A stretch of 64,000 nt of DNA from Mobula hypostoma (lineage: Eukaryota). Below, piece by piece: positions 36,902 to 48,515 of this stretch (the first letter of the stretch is position 1; every line of letters starts with the position of its first letter). The DNA lies in assembly GCF_963921235.1 (NCBI RefSeq), contig NC_086108.1:53570001-53634000 (forward strand), given 5' to 3'. The notes beneath the pieces were generated by a model. It saw only the letters and a list, made by a program, of their open reading frames with translations. It was not told the origin of the DNA and ran no database searches. The position numbers were made by a program, and so were the translations under genes.

Positions 36902-37469
36902 GCAATATGCTTAAGACATTTGTTATACCACACAAGGAAGCTTAACATCAGACAATACAGCAAATACCTCCTCCCAACATTTGGGAGGAACTTATTTACT
37001 GAAAACATTAGCCAGCGATCCAAAACCCTCAGAGTTACCTGTCCATTCGGGGACTTGACAAGTTTTGGGTGCAGTATCGCTCAATTTGCTTGTCCACTTC
37101 CACATTTTCCTGAATCCCACTTGCAGCGCCCAAATGTAATGTGCTGGACTGATCAGACCGAACAATCTGAGTGTCTGGGAGATGTGGTAATAAGCATACA
37201 AGCACAATAAAGTAACTTAAGCCTAATTTATTATTATAAAATAGAAAGCACAATTAAACCACACCAAGAATAGCAAATCACAAAGATTTCTGGGCTCACG
37301 AATCTTAGTCATCACTTGATTGTTACTGTTCTCAGGGGAAACCCGAATTCTGACCCATGAAACCACCCATGGGCCCCAGACACTGATTACAATCCCGGTC
37401 TGGGTGAAGTCCAAAGAAAATTCAAAAAGTAGCCCAATGCATCTACAAGCATCATAAGCACAGAGCAAC

Positions 37470-40400
37470 TGTGAGACAGACAAACCTTTTGTTCTCATTT
37501 ATTAACACAGTCTGGTTTATTTCATTCAAATAACATATGTGTCCATTCACACAGAGTTCAGCATACCCTCATAAATCAATTGGACATTTTAAAGGTCACT
37601 CCTTATTTCATAGCACGCAGCATTCCTTGGGCTTACAAAGCACATTAATGTTTACATATATGTGATAAGCCTGAAGCAAGAATCCAGCTATCAACAGATA
37701 TTCTACAGACATTAACAGACATTTAGTTACTAACAGACCTCACGTGCTACAAGATCAGAAAGAGTTAAGTGGTCATTGACCTAACGGACATTCATTCGTT
37801 GTTTACAAATTCATTGTGCCACATACTACCCTTTGAATATCTGTCAGGTTAAAGACACATAGAACTCTTACTTCTGCCTAAAGCAAAGAATACATTTAAT
37901 ATGCCTTGAATGATTAAAACTAATATTATCATGGTTATTAAAATATGATAAATTATACAGACCCAATGACTGATCTTAACATACACACTGAAATATATGT
38001 TATCGTTCCTAAGCAGGAGGAGTGTTAACAACATCTTACTGACATTTCGAACAGAATGAGTAAGATTTACAAGAACCACATTGTGATCAGAGGTGCAAGA
38101 GTCAAATTACAATCAATTTTGCTTTTTGCATGTTTCACAAAAAAAAATCACATGAGGCCAGTCGTTCAAGGTGCACAACATTCTCTCATACTTATGGATC
38201 CGCCGTACTCCCCGTGAGCACATATCACATAATGTACATCTTTTCCCAGCTGGGACGTATGGGGCGCCCAGGAAGGAGTTGCACCTCTGGTGAAGGAGTT
38301 TGTCACATCCATTCCATGAACAACTCACTCTCCTTTGGTACCCACCAGACACGTATCTTCAAATAGCTGTTTGCATATGGCAGCGGCCACACCCCAGGAC
38401 ACCGCTTCGACAGGTGGGCTAAACCAGGTGAGGGTAGCTGGTGGCTTCATACCTCATGAGATAGGGACATGCCTGTCCTAGCATGCGAAGTCAGTTCTGG
38501 TGGACTGGGTGGACAAGATCTACAGTGAGATCCAATGGTTAGAAAGGCAATACTACAATGCTCCCATGGAGAGCAAAAGGCATGACAAAGCACACGAGAC
38601 ATCATGGTCATCCATGGGGAAAGATAGGTAACCATCCTGATAAGGTGTGGGCAGGAGTCATCTACTGCAACCAAGGAAGACGCCAGTTTGTGACGCTTGA
38701 CCTGAACTTGGACTTCTGAGGTCAAGAGAATGGAACTGACCCAGGGAAAGGCTTTTCCACTTTCAAAACTCACCCACATGATCCTGTCATTGTCAGATAC
38801 AATGGGCAATCATTACATCTTTTCGCAGAACAATAATATCCTTTCACAAATCACAACGTTATCAGTGGCTTGATGGGTCTCAAAAGAAGTCCAACATCCA
38901 ACAAAACACAAGCCAAGCATTAAAACAGAACAAAGCAACGTTCCAGCAGGAATCCAAGAGATAGTTAGCAATATTTTCATTCTCTCAGTCAGTTTACCCT
39001 TCTCCACATTCACAGGAAGTGACTGTTCTTGTACCATCACCTAGAATGTACTTCCTTTTCTATTGGCAATAGTCTCACCCTCCACTGGAGAGGGAGATGG
39101 GTATGTCACCCATACTCTACCCCAATGCAGAACTGAATCATCTCTTTACCAGCACATCCAGTTATGCCATCAGGATCAAAAGGAATTGACTGCCCTATTA
39201 TTAACAAAAAGGGAGTGCTGCCTGTCAAGGAATGATTGTTCAAACTATACAAAGCATGGGGAAGGATGGGTAACCATCTAGATAAGGTGTGGGCAGGAAT
39301 AAGTAAACAAACTTGCTCTTTTAATAGGCCATTCATTTGTTCAATCAGGTGACTACCCTGAGGATAATAAGGGACATGTACACCATTAGAGACAGACCAC
39401 TCTTGTACCCTGGAAACCAAAATGTGTAAACCATAATTGGATTGAATTTCAAAAAGATTGCAGAAACAAGATGTTCTAATCCCCGAAAGGTAGCATCCTG
39501 ATTAGTTTTAACAGTAGGGATGCTATCAAAAGACCAGAATAGTTAGGAGGTACTGGAATCGCTTCTGCAAAAGAAGGCAACTGACATAATCTATTTGCCA
39601 AATCTGAGCAGGAGCACACCATGGCAAATGGTGGTCAAGTGTTGTTTTAAAAGCTGTAGGTCCTTAATTTCTAAACATAGCCCAAAATTTCCCTACCACT
39701 GTACGAGCTATATCGGTGGGAATGTATAGTCCCCACTGTCTAAACCATTCCACAATACCCTGTACCCTCAGATGCCCAGAAGAATCATGGGCCCACCAAC
39801 CACGTGGCAGTAATGGTATTTGAGGCCGAGGACCAGATGTTCCCCTGCAAGTTTGCCAGCAATGTAATTAAATCTTGTCATTGGCATATTATCTTACAAA
39901 TGGGCGTTGACTGAAAACGGTAAACTGAAATGGTAACATGCAATGATTGGCTCCAAATGTCCTTCCATAACTCCACTCTCCATAAAGTATGCCCCACAAC
40001 AACATAAGACTGCTAGTTCCACCAGGATAACTAGACAGCAAGTCCATTAGCAACAGCCCAAGAATCAGTATAAATATGGACCACTTTGGTTTCATGCATG
40101 AAGACGGTAAACCCTGCTACAAGCAATGCATATTAACTCCTTCCTTCTTCAGAACTTGTTGGGTGAGAGGGTTAAAGGCAGCAGCCTTCCAACAACGACA
40201 ACCATTCTTCCATATCACAGAAGCATCGGTGAAGCAGGAGTCAGAAGATCAAAGGGAACAGCCCTCACAACAGGTGAGACTTCGACTGGAGTAGCTTCAG
40301 GCATTCAGTGACCAGTTCATGTATTTTATAAATTTCATCTGGTCCCTTTGGTGCTCGTTTGGAGTGCCATTTCCATTTGACAATTGAACTCTGTCGTGCG

Positions 40401-41035
40401 TGGCCATGGTTTGTTAGCTACCAAAACACCTGATTGAACAAAATGTTAAAAATTTTCAAAGATTTTTAGAACTGGGATTCAAAAACATGACAGAAGTCAA
40501 ACAGACATATGCAGTAGAAAGCAGTAATTTATTCTCAGGAGTAAAATACGCCCAATTGATGAGCATGTTGAAACAGCAGCTATCACAGGATAAAACCGTG
40601 GAGGCTATGGAACTCCCAGGTTCAATTTCCGTGTTGCACAGGGTTATGTGATCAGATGATGGACACTTTAGTTGCAAGAAATGGGCACATTGCATTTGCC
40701 AAGGGAGAGAAGTAATGGTCCAAGTGTAATAGTAGCAGGCTAGGACGGAATTCTCACTGGCTGAAAAGATTTCTCATGTGTAAATGTTTGGTAGGAGTAG
40801 TGTAGGCTTAGCTGGATCACCCCAAGTTAGATTTAACTAATCAACATTCATGGCCTGAAGTCAAATTCCAAACAAGAAAGCCGATAAAAGTACCCATAAA
40901 TTATATGGAAATGCGAAAAACAGAGAGTACAGACAATTCAACTCAAATAATCCATAATGCCATGTTATGTTTCATCCAGTATCCCCCACCCTTCTTCGCT
41001 TGACACCACCTGAATTGCAGCCACCATGTGTGAGA
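37470..41035 (-). mobile_element. Class III endogenous retrovirus relic B: RNase H, integrase, possible env remnant, PPT and LTR
   Basis: Minus-strand peptides QSSIVKWKW, WKAAAF, HIYTDSW/AVANGLA, WAHDSSGH, WQIDY and HVPYYPQGSHLIEQMNGLLKEQ (ORF 39106-39420); hydrophobic ORFs 38813-39040 and 37849-38079; AAAGGGTAGTA then TG at 37823. Confidence 0.82.
38150..38815 (+). mobile_element. Non-coding RTE-like non-autonomous element inserted in ERV B
   Basis: GC-richer block interrupting the AT-rich ERV 3' region; GGAGTTGCACCTCTGGTGAAGG near the 5' end; ends AATCAT. Family tentative. Confidence 0.45.
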
Positions 41036-43862
41036 AACCGAAAAGGAGGTTGGGACCTTTGGAAAAGACAAAATAACAACCAGCCCATGGCAACAATGTC
41101 AAAACGTCAACTGTATAAATATAAGAGTGACTAACTCTCTCTGGATGTCATTTACTTGAATATGTTGCTATAGTGTTGACTCCAGTAATTACGATTCTGA
41201 TTATCTTGTCTATATTTCTTTAAAACCAGCATGATGCTAAATTACCCTCATGAATTGAGTTTCAGAGTAAAGACATAAAACTGTACAAACCGTCGATTGC
41301 TCTTGCATTTGTAACTGTGGACCAGCTACTTTAGACGTTCCTGTTCTGTTCTTGTTGGTGTAATGAATTCCAATTGACTGTAATAAAAAGACTGTATTAG
41401 AACTGAAGCGATACACTGGGGATCTCTAGCACAGCAGGAAATATTGAAGAATCAAACTGTTAAAAGAGTAAACTTTCTGAGTGACTTTGAATAGTATTGA
41501 AAACGTGTAACATCCCCATTATTTTAAAATGCACTGTAAATTCCTTCTATATAAATTATATTCTGGCTAATTCAAGTTTCAAGTACTGAAGTAATTGACA
41601 GTCAAACAATCATATTTGCCTATGTACACATGGAATTACTTGTCTGTTTACAACTAAAAGCAAAAATCTTTTAGCAGTTCTGTACATTGACTAATATAAC
41701 TATTTAACTAACTAATCAGCCAGGTTATAAACATAGATATATGCTTGCTGGTCAGTAGCTCTGTGGGAAATTCTACTGCAATACTGAGTGAAAAAACAGA
41801 AAATGTCCAAATTCAATCCCCTAAATGCAGAGTTGGCTTCAACTTTATGTCAAATAAAACCTCTGTTTCAAAACTGTTTCACCAAAATAAACCATTCTGC
41901 TTCAGTAAAAAAAGACTTTCTGCACGGGCAGCTGGATTCAGGACAATTTGCTCCCCCAAAAGAAGTTCAGAATTGTAAAGTATCAAATCCAAATATGAGT
42001 AATTAATGACTCCCACAAGCATGTGTTTCTATATTCATTGGTTTCACTCTTTCTTCTCTCTTAAGTCAAAGATTTTAACCATACCAGGTACACTTTTATC
42101 GAACATGCTGTTGGCACATTGCTTATTGGAATCTGTTCCTCTTCTACCAGGAAAGTAAATGTATATATACCCATGCCTGGCAGTAAATAGTCAGAAAATA
42201 ACACTTCTTATTCTCTGACTTTCTTCAAAATCATGACTTGCTGACTCTTCTGTATTTGATAGATTCCACGTTTAAAACGGCCAGCCCTGGAATTTGTCTG
42301 CTGCCTTCTGTTTGCCAAAAAGAATTAATTTAACACATCTGCCATTTCACGATCCTTCACAATTTCCAAAGAACTAACATATTTGACCTGCTGTTGATAT
42401 TTCCTGTCAGTTAACTATTAAAATATTGTTCCTGCCAATGCATATGTTTGATGCAGACCCCAGAGCAATGATTTTATGGGGCTTCATTAGCTACACAGAG
42501 ACTTGCTGGATAGGATTGTGGGTCACAAACTGGACATATGCCAGGCCACATTTTACAGTGAAGAAAAAGCTAGGTTTAAGAGCGGTGCTGATGGCCAGCA
42601 CAACCTTCAATTTGAGCTCCTTCATTGGAACTTACAACTTTCTTTTTGCTGCTTCCTTGCTGGCAGGTTTCCTCAACTATTTGAATCAGGTCCAGTAGTG
42701 CATAGGCAGCATAGTGTGTGGGAATCTACTTCTGAAGTGATGATTTTAAAATTTTGGTTGTCAGGTTTGTGTTTTATCATTTAGTATGCTGCATTACACT
42801 AAATATTGTTCATGTATTAATTACTTATATTTGGATATGATGCTTTACAATTCTGAACTTCTCTTGGGGGAGCAAATTGTCCTGAATCCAGCTGCAGTTC
42901 TACTTGAAGAAAGAGGCCAGGATATGAAATCCAAATGGAGCACTGAGGTTTGCAGAGAAAGTGTGGATGGAGTTTTATCATTAGCATAGACCAATCAGCC
43001 TGAATGGCTCGTCATTGTGCTGTTGAACTTCTTGCCGTTTTATGTGGCAGTTCCTGAGAAACTATGAAAATGAGTTAAGTATACTTCACAAGTTATTCAT
43101 GCCCTCATTCAGACCTAATGCCTGTATCAGTTAACTCAATCGTTCTGTGTGTAACATGTCATTATATTTGGTACCTCTTTAAAAATTGCAGCTCATGACT
43201 AACTCTCTTCAGAACGGTTAGAAGTCAAGCACACTCTGCAAAGAAAATGGGAAGGGTTGGGGGTAGACAAAGCAAGGTAAATGTCTGTGGTAGACTCAAG
43301 ACCAGGAGAGACTGAGATTGACAAGGGATGGTGTTTTCATCTGAGAGTGATGAAGGCCTGTTGACTGCAGCTGATTTACAGTATCTGGAGGAGAAGTCAG
43401 AGAAAACAAACACTGCTGCAGCCATGAGCTACAACCACTTCAGTTTCTGGAAACTTGAAATAAGAGGACATCCCTTTCTATTTTGGGTTTTCAACAGCTT
43501 CTGTGTTTTGCATCTCATATTCCCAGCGTTACTGTGTTTCCTTCTTTCCTGTGGTCTCGTTCATCTCCTACTTACATCTTCTCCAGGCAGATCATAGGTA
43601 CTCAGTGCCCAGTATGCTGCTGGCACCTAAGGCAGAAATGAAGGTCCTCTTTCTCTGGCAGTGTTCAGGACTTCCTTTATGATGTCAGTAGCTTCCCCTC
43701 AGAAAAGGGGATGGGGAATGGGGAAGTGTGGGGGGCCATTACCGGAGTCTGAGAAATCAATGTTCATGCCATCAGGTTGGAGGCTACCAGATGCAATATA
43801 GGTGGTGTTTCTCCAACCTGAGTGTGGCCTCATCGTGTCAGCAGAGGAGGCCATGGATAGAT

Positions 43863-44102
43863 AGAAACATAGAAACAGAGAAAACCTGCAGCACAATACG
43901 GGCCCTTCGGCCCACAATTCTGTGCCAAACATGTACTTACTTTAGAAATTACCTAGGGTTACCCCCTCTATTTTTCTAAGCTCCATGTCCTTATCCAGGA
44001 GTCTCTTAAAAGACACTATCATATCCGCCTCCACCACCGTCACCGGCAGCCCATTCTATGCACTCACCACTCTCTGTGTAAAAATTCTTACCCCTGACAT
44101 CT
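43863..44102 (-). mobile_element. CR1 3'-end insertion inside the PLE
   Basis: AGAAACAT-type tail, GGCCCTTCGGCCC stem-loop, FYTESGE segment; GAT duplicated at 43860-43862 and 44103-44105. Confidence 0.88.
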
Positions 44103-44468
44103 GATGTATTGGAATGGGAATTAAATGGATGGCCACTGGGAGATCCTGCTTTTTCTGTCCTATGGAGCATAGGTGCTCGGCAAAGCGATCTCACCCCCCC
44201 CCCCCAACTTCACCATTCCCCATTTCCTTTTCCCCCCTCACCTTATCTCCTTGCCTGTCCATTGCCTCCCTCTGGTGCTCATCCCCGTTTTTCTTTCTTC
44301 CATGGCCTTTTGTCCTCTCCTATCAGATTCCCCCTTTTCCAGCCCTGTATCTCTTTCACCAATCAACTTCCCAGCTCTTTACTTCACTCCTCCCAGTTTC
44401 ACCTATCACCTTGCGGTTCTCCCTCCCCTCCCCCGACCTTTTAACTCTCCTCCTCATCTTATTTTCTC

Positions 44469-44506
44469 CAGTCCTGCTGAAGGGTCTCGGCCTGAAACAT
44501 CAACTG
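44469..44506 (+). ncRNA. Minimal type I hammerhead ribozyme motif, A6C variant
   Basis: CAGTC-CTGCTGA-A-GGGTC-TC-GGCCT-GAAAC-ATC-AACTG; identical to the reverse complement of 21118-21155. Confidence 0.6.
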
Positions 44507-44789
44507 TACTCTTTTTCATAGATGCTGCCTGACCTACTGAGTTCCTCCAGCATTTTGTGTGTGTTGCTTGGATTTCCAGCATCTTATGTGTGTAACTATG
44601 AAGTTTTGACACTATGCCAGAGTTGGAATCCCAAATTCTTCCCAATAGAGATAATATGCAAAAATATGTTTAAAGATAGGGAGCTAGGATATTCAATTGA
44701 GTTAGTATAAGATGAAACAAATAAAGGTGGGCAGGATGCTGGATGTCTAGATCAGTAACTTGTCTAGAGAATGGAAATGGTAGAGAGGA

Positions 44790-45360
44790 CAGTAGACATC
44801 ATTTCATTAGGTACACCTGTACACCTGCTCATTAATGCAATAATCTAATCAACTAATCATGTGACAGAAGCTCAATGCATAAAAACATGCAGACACGATC
44901 AAGAGGTTCAGTTGTTGTCCAGACCAAACATCAGAATAGGAAAGACATGCGATCTTGTGACTTTGACTGTGGAATGATTGTTGGCAGCAGATGGGGTGGT
45001 CTGAGTATCTCAGAAACTGCTGATCCCTGGGATTTTCATGCACAACAGTCTCAAAGAATTTACAAAGAATGGTGTGGAAACCGAGAAAAAACATCCAGTG
45101 AGCAGTAGTTCTGTGGGCAGAAATGCCTTGTTAATGAGAGAGGTCTGAGGAGAGTGCCAGATTGGTTCAAACTGACAGGAAGGAGACAGTGACTGAAATA
45201 ACCACGTGTTACACTAATGGTGTGCAGAAGAGCACCTCCAAGTGCGCGGCACATCAAACCTTCGATTTAGTAGGCTATAAGAGCAGAAGGGGACAAACAT
45301 ACACTCGATGGCCACTTCATCAGCTACAAGAGGTAGAAAATAAAGTGTCCACTATGTGTA
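44790..45360 (+). mobile_element. Non-autonomous Tc1/mariner relic (transposase N-terminal HTH only)
   Basis: DFDCGMIVGSRWGGLSISETAD is a Tc1 paired-like domain; TIR-like AATAAAGTGTCCACTATGTG-TA at the right end. Confidence 0.85.
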
Positions 45361-45939
45361 TAATGAGCCAGTTAAACCTGAACAGAGACAATTTAAGATA
45401 TTATTGTATCTCATTGATGAGAATAGGAGAGAATTCAATCATACCAAAAAGCCTTCAATTAATAAAGCCTGTAGGATGCATTACAAGTGCATTGCAATCA
45501 GCAGTTTGCCTAGAAATTAAACATCTTGCCCGTCCTCTCACCCATGTTTACTTACAATATACATTTCAGCTATTGAGTTTGTGCCAGCTCAGGGAGAGAT
45601 CACATTCTCCCATTAAATTGTCATGGAACTTCGTCTTGTTAATTCTACCCCCAGCCCTCCCCACCTGAATTTACTGACCACTTATATTAATGTACAATGC
45701 TCAATTTCTTACCAACTCATTTATCTGTTTTAGATATGAGGGGAGATGGAGTGCCTAGAGGAAACATATTCAGTCTAAACTCAACAATATCTGGCTCTTT
45801 GCATATAGCCAGAAATAAGGAAATGCTTCAATATTTTCTTAATTGGTGCAAAATTTGTTGCCAGATCAATTTAATTTAATAGATTTAAAGGATTTGCTCA
45901 TTAGAGATTAGAGTATTTGTAGAATCTGGGAATCCAGCT

Positions 45940-47180
45940 AAGGGAATGGGGTTTATGTGAAACATATTTCACTCTAGAAAAATGTGTCGAGTCATAAAAA
46001 GCCACGAAACTATCTAATGTTGGATGGCCAACAGCACGAAGTGTATGTGATAAAGTGTGAGTCAAAAGGCAGAAAGGGAAAGTGCAGCCAAGGTTGCTTA
46101 GATACCACATATATTATGGATGATAACATTAACAGCTGGAAAAGAAATGCCCTTTTGGAGAAAAATTGTGCACAATGTGGATTGGAAAATCACTTCTATA
46201 AAACAGTACATGACAGAGACGACACAAGTGAAGACGTGCAGAATAGAGATAGGATCAGATTCGGAGTATCAAATGAACACAATACCTTTTGTGCCACGTA
46301 AGTATAATTCAGTGAAAGGAATACTCACTGGAAGTACCATGATGACGGTGCAGAGGCAGCCAGCGACTTTTCAGCTTGACTTTTCAACCCAGCAAATCAT
46401 CTTTAAAGGCACCACAATTTATTTTCTACTGATGTACAATGCAAGCACAATGAAAACTGATCAAAATATTAATATAATATAGATTTCATTGTAGCAAACC
46501 TGAAAGATCTTGCACCTATGCTTGAACATAGCATATTTCCGTAGATTGGACTGGTAATGGTGAACAAGATCATAAAGGTTGCTTTAACAAAACAATCACA
46601 TAAGCACACAAAGCAGAGATGAATATGATGCTATGGGTCATGGAATGAGGAAACCAAAATTGTAAAAAAGTGTAGAAGGACAAATAGAGGCAGCTTAAAG
46701 AAGACAGGTATGCCACAGCAACAGATATGCTGAAAACTTTCCACTTCTAAGGGATGGAGATAAAATGAGGATGAATCCATCATTAGATTGATGCCACATG
46801 TGTTTGCAATAATGACTCCACACATTTCACACCCTGATCTACAAGCTCATGATGGAAAAATGCACTGTACTTTGGAGGATCAGGCACGGGCTCAAATCTG
46901 CAGGGAGAGTGCGTGGAGGAATTTAGGTTCAAATAAAGCACAAGGTATTTTTTACTTTTTTTTTAAATTAAGGAGGGGTTGTAGTATGTGTGATATGCGT
47001 TAGCTTGCGACTAACTGCTTTGTCTGTTGTTGATCCATGGTTTCAGTGTGGTATTTATCGATTTCTATCTACTGCTATATAGAAGGCCCCTATAAGAAAT
47101 GTTGGCTTTGCATAATATTGGTCCTTTTATAAATCAATTAACTTTGTTAGATTAAGCAAGTGGTTATCCTCCAATATCTT
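45940..47180 (+). mobile_element. Highly decayed Gypsy-like gag/pol relic with possible PPT and LTR start near 46980
   Basis: CAQCGLENHF (zinc-knuckle-like), TFQLDF (protease-like), purine tract AAGGAGGGG followed by TGTAGTA. Confidence 0.5.
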
Positions 47181-47523
47181 TGAAATGAAAAGCTAGGAAT
47201 GTCAGGGGAGAACGCCACCTGAAACCATTTATGCTTTGGCTTCTCTTGGAGAACAGCCTGAAGAGATGATGAAATTGTATATGATATAATGTTTGAAAAG
47301 TCACTCTTAAGCATTGTTGTAGCATCTAAGTTCACTTCCATTTACTGAACTGTCATGTTAAATAAAAACAGTGAATGCTCAAAGATTTTTTTGTCAGACA
47401 TCAACTTGAAATGTTAGCTCTTTTTCCCTTTCCACAGCTGCTGCCTGACATGTTGAATATTCTTTGCATTTTTCATTTCGATTTTCATTTATTGGTATGT
47501 TTGTTTTTTTGTGTGATCACTTT

Positions 47524-48515
47524 GGAATCAGAATCAGAATCGGGTTTATTATCACTAACAGATGTTGTGAAATTTGTTCTTTTACAGTTGCAGTTCAACA
47601 CAAGACATAAAAATTACTACAAGTTGCAAAAATAAATAGCGCAGAAGACAAACGACAAGTTTGTGTTTATTGGTTCATGGACCGTCCAGAAATCTGATAG
47701 CAGAGGGAACAAAGCTGTTCTGAAAACATTGAGTGTGGATCTTCAGCCTCCTGTATCTCCTCTTTAATGGCAGTAATGTGAAGAGGGCATATCCCATATG
47801 GTGAGGATCTCTAATGATGGACGCTGCCTTTTTGAGGTACTGGGTTTTGAAGATGTCCTCGACGGAGAGTCGATTGGAACTGGTTGGGTCTACAACCCTC
47901 TGTAGCCTCTTGTGATCCTGCGTGTTGGAGGCTCCATACCAGGCTGTGATCCAGTTTGTCTTTGTTTGTGTGCAGTTTTCCATCGGTTCTACTGTATTTA
48001 TTCTACTCTGAATACCTGCAGGAAAATGAACCTCAAGGTAGTACATGATGACACATACATACTTTGATACTAAATTTACTTTGAAACTTTGAGACTATTC
48101 CCAACTGTACATCTGTAGAAATTTGCAAGAATCATGCTGCCATACCAAATCTCCTCAAACTCCAAATGAAGCAAGGCCACTGGCTTGCCTTCCTAATGAG
48201 TACATCAATATGTTTGGCCCAGGAAAGATCCTCTGAAATGTCGACACCCATGAACTTGAAGGTGGAAATCTCACCCTTTCCACCACTGACCCCTCAATGA
48301 GGGATCAAAGTCGCCTTCCTGAAGTCCACAATCAATTCCTTGGTCTTGCTGATGTTGAGTGTTATTGCAACACCACCTAATCAGCTGATCTTTCTTACTC
48401 TTGTACACCTACTTGTCACCACAGTGGTGTCATTGGCAAATTTAGAGCTGGCATTTGGGCTATGCCTAGCTACACAGTCAGGAGTGTAGAACGGAGCAGT
48501 GAGCTAACCATGCAT
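47524..48515 (-). mobile_element. Rex1/Babar 3' fragment with an oppositely oriented Rex1-type tail (about 47955-48092) inside it
   Basis: (GAATCA)n tail; CITAWYG-like and NSFVPSAIR peptides in ORF 47675-48046; ELIVDFRK at about 48315-48340 (-). Confidence 0.82.

Larger units (their letters stand above)
33826..37469 (-). mobile_element. Class III (ERV-L/spuma-related) endogenous retrovirus relic A: LTR, PBS, gag remnants, pol tether, truncated LTR
   Basis: Diverged LTR ends at 33826-33965 and 37135-37275. PBS-like TGGGCGCTGCAAGTGGGA directly follows the LTR on the minus strand. 34050-34240 (-) translates QVFVKDDVAIWNLWQ...KLPDAATRHTVFEKQLLACYWALV, resembling ERV-L pol. Confidence 0.82.
43700..44586. 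mobile_element. Penelope-like element with internal inversion: GIY-YIG end on - (43700-44192), 3' UTR plus pLTR on + (44193-44586)
   Basis: SLQPDGMNIDF and QDLPVA remnants on -; pLTR tail on +; about 35-nt inverted overlap between 43701-43737 and 44199-44231. Confidence 0.85.

Noticed and set aside
47385..47485. Older PLE pLTR remnants (also about 26150-26250) as further ribozymes
   Set aside because: Tail similarity is plausible but the catalytic core is not recognisable.
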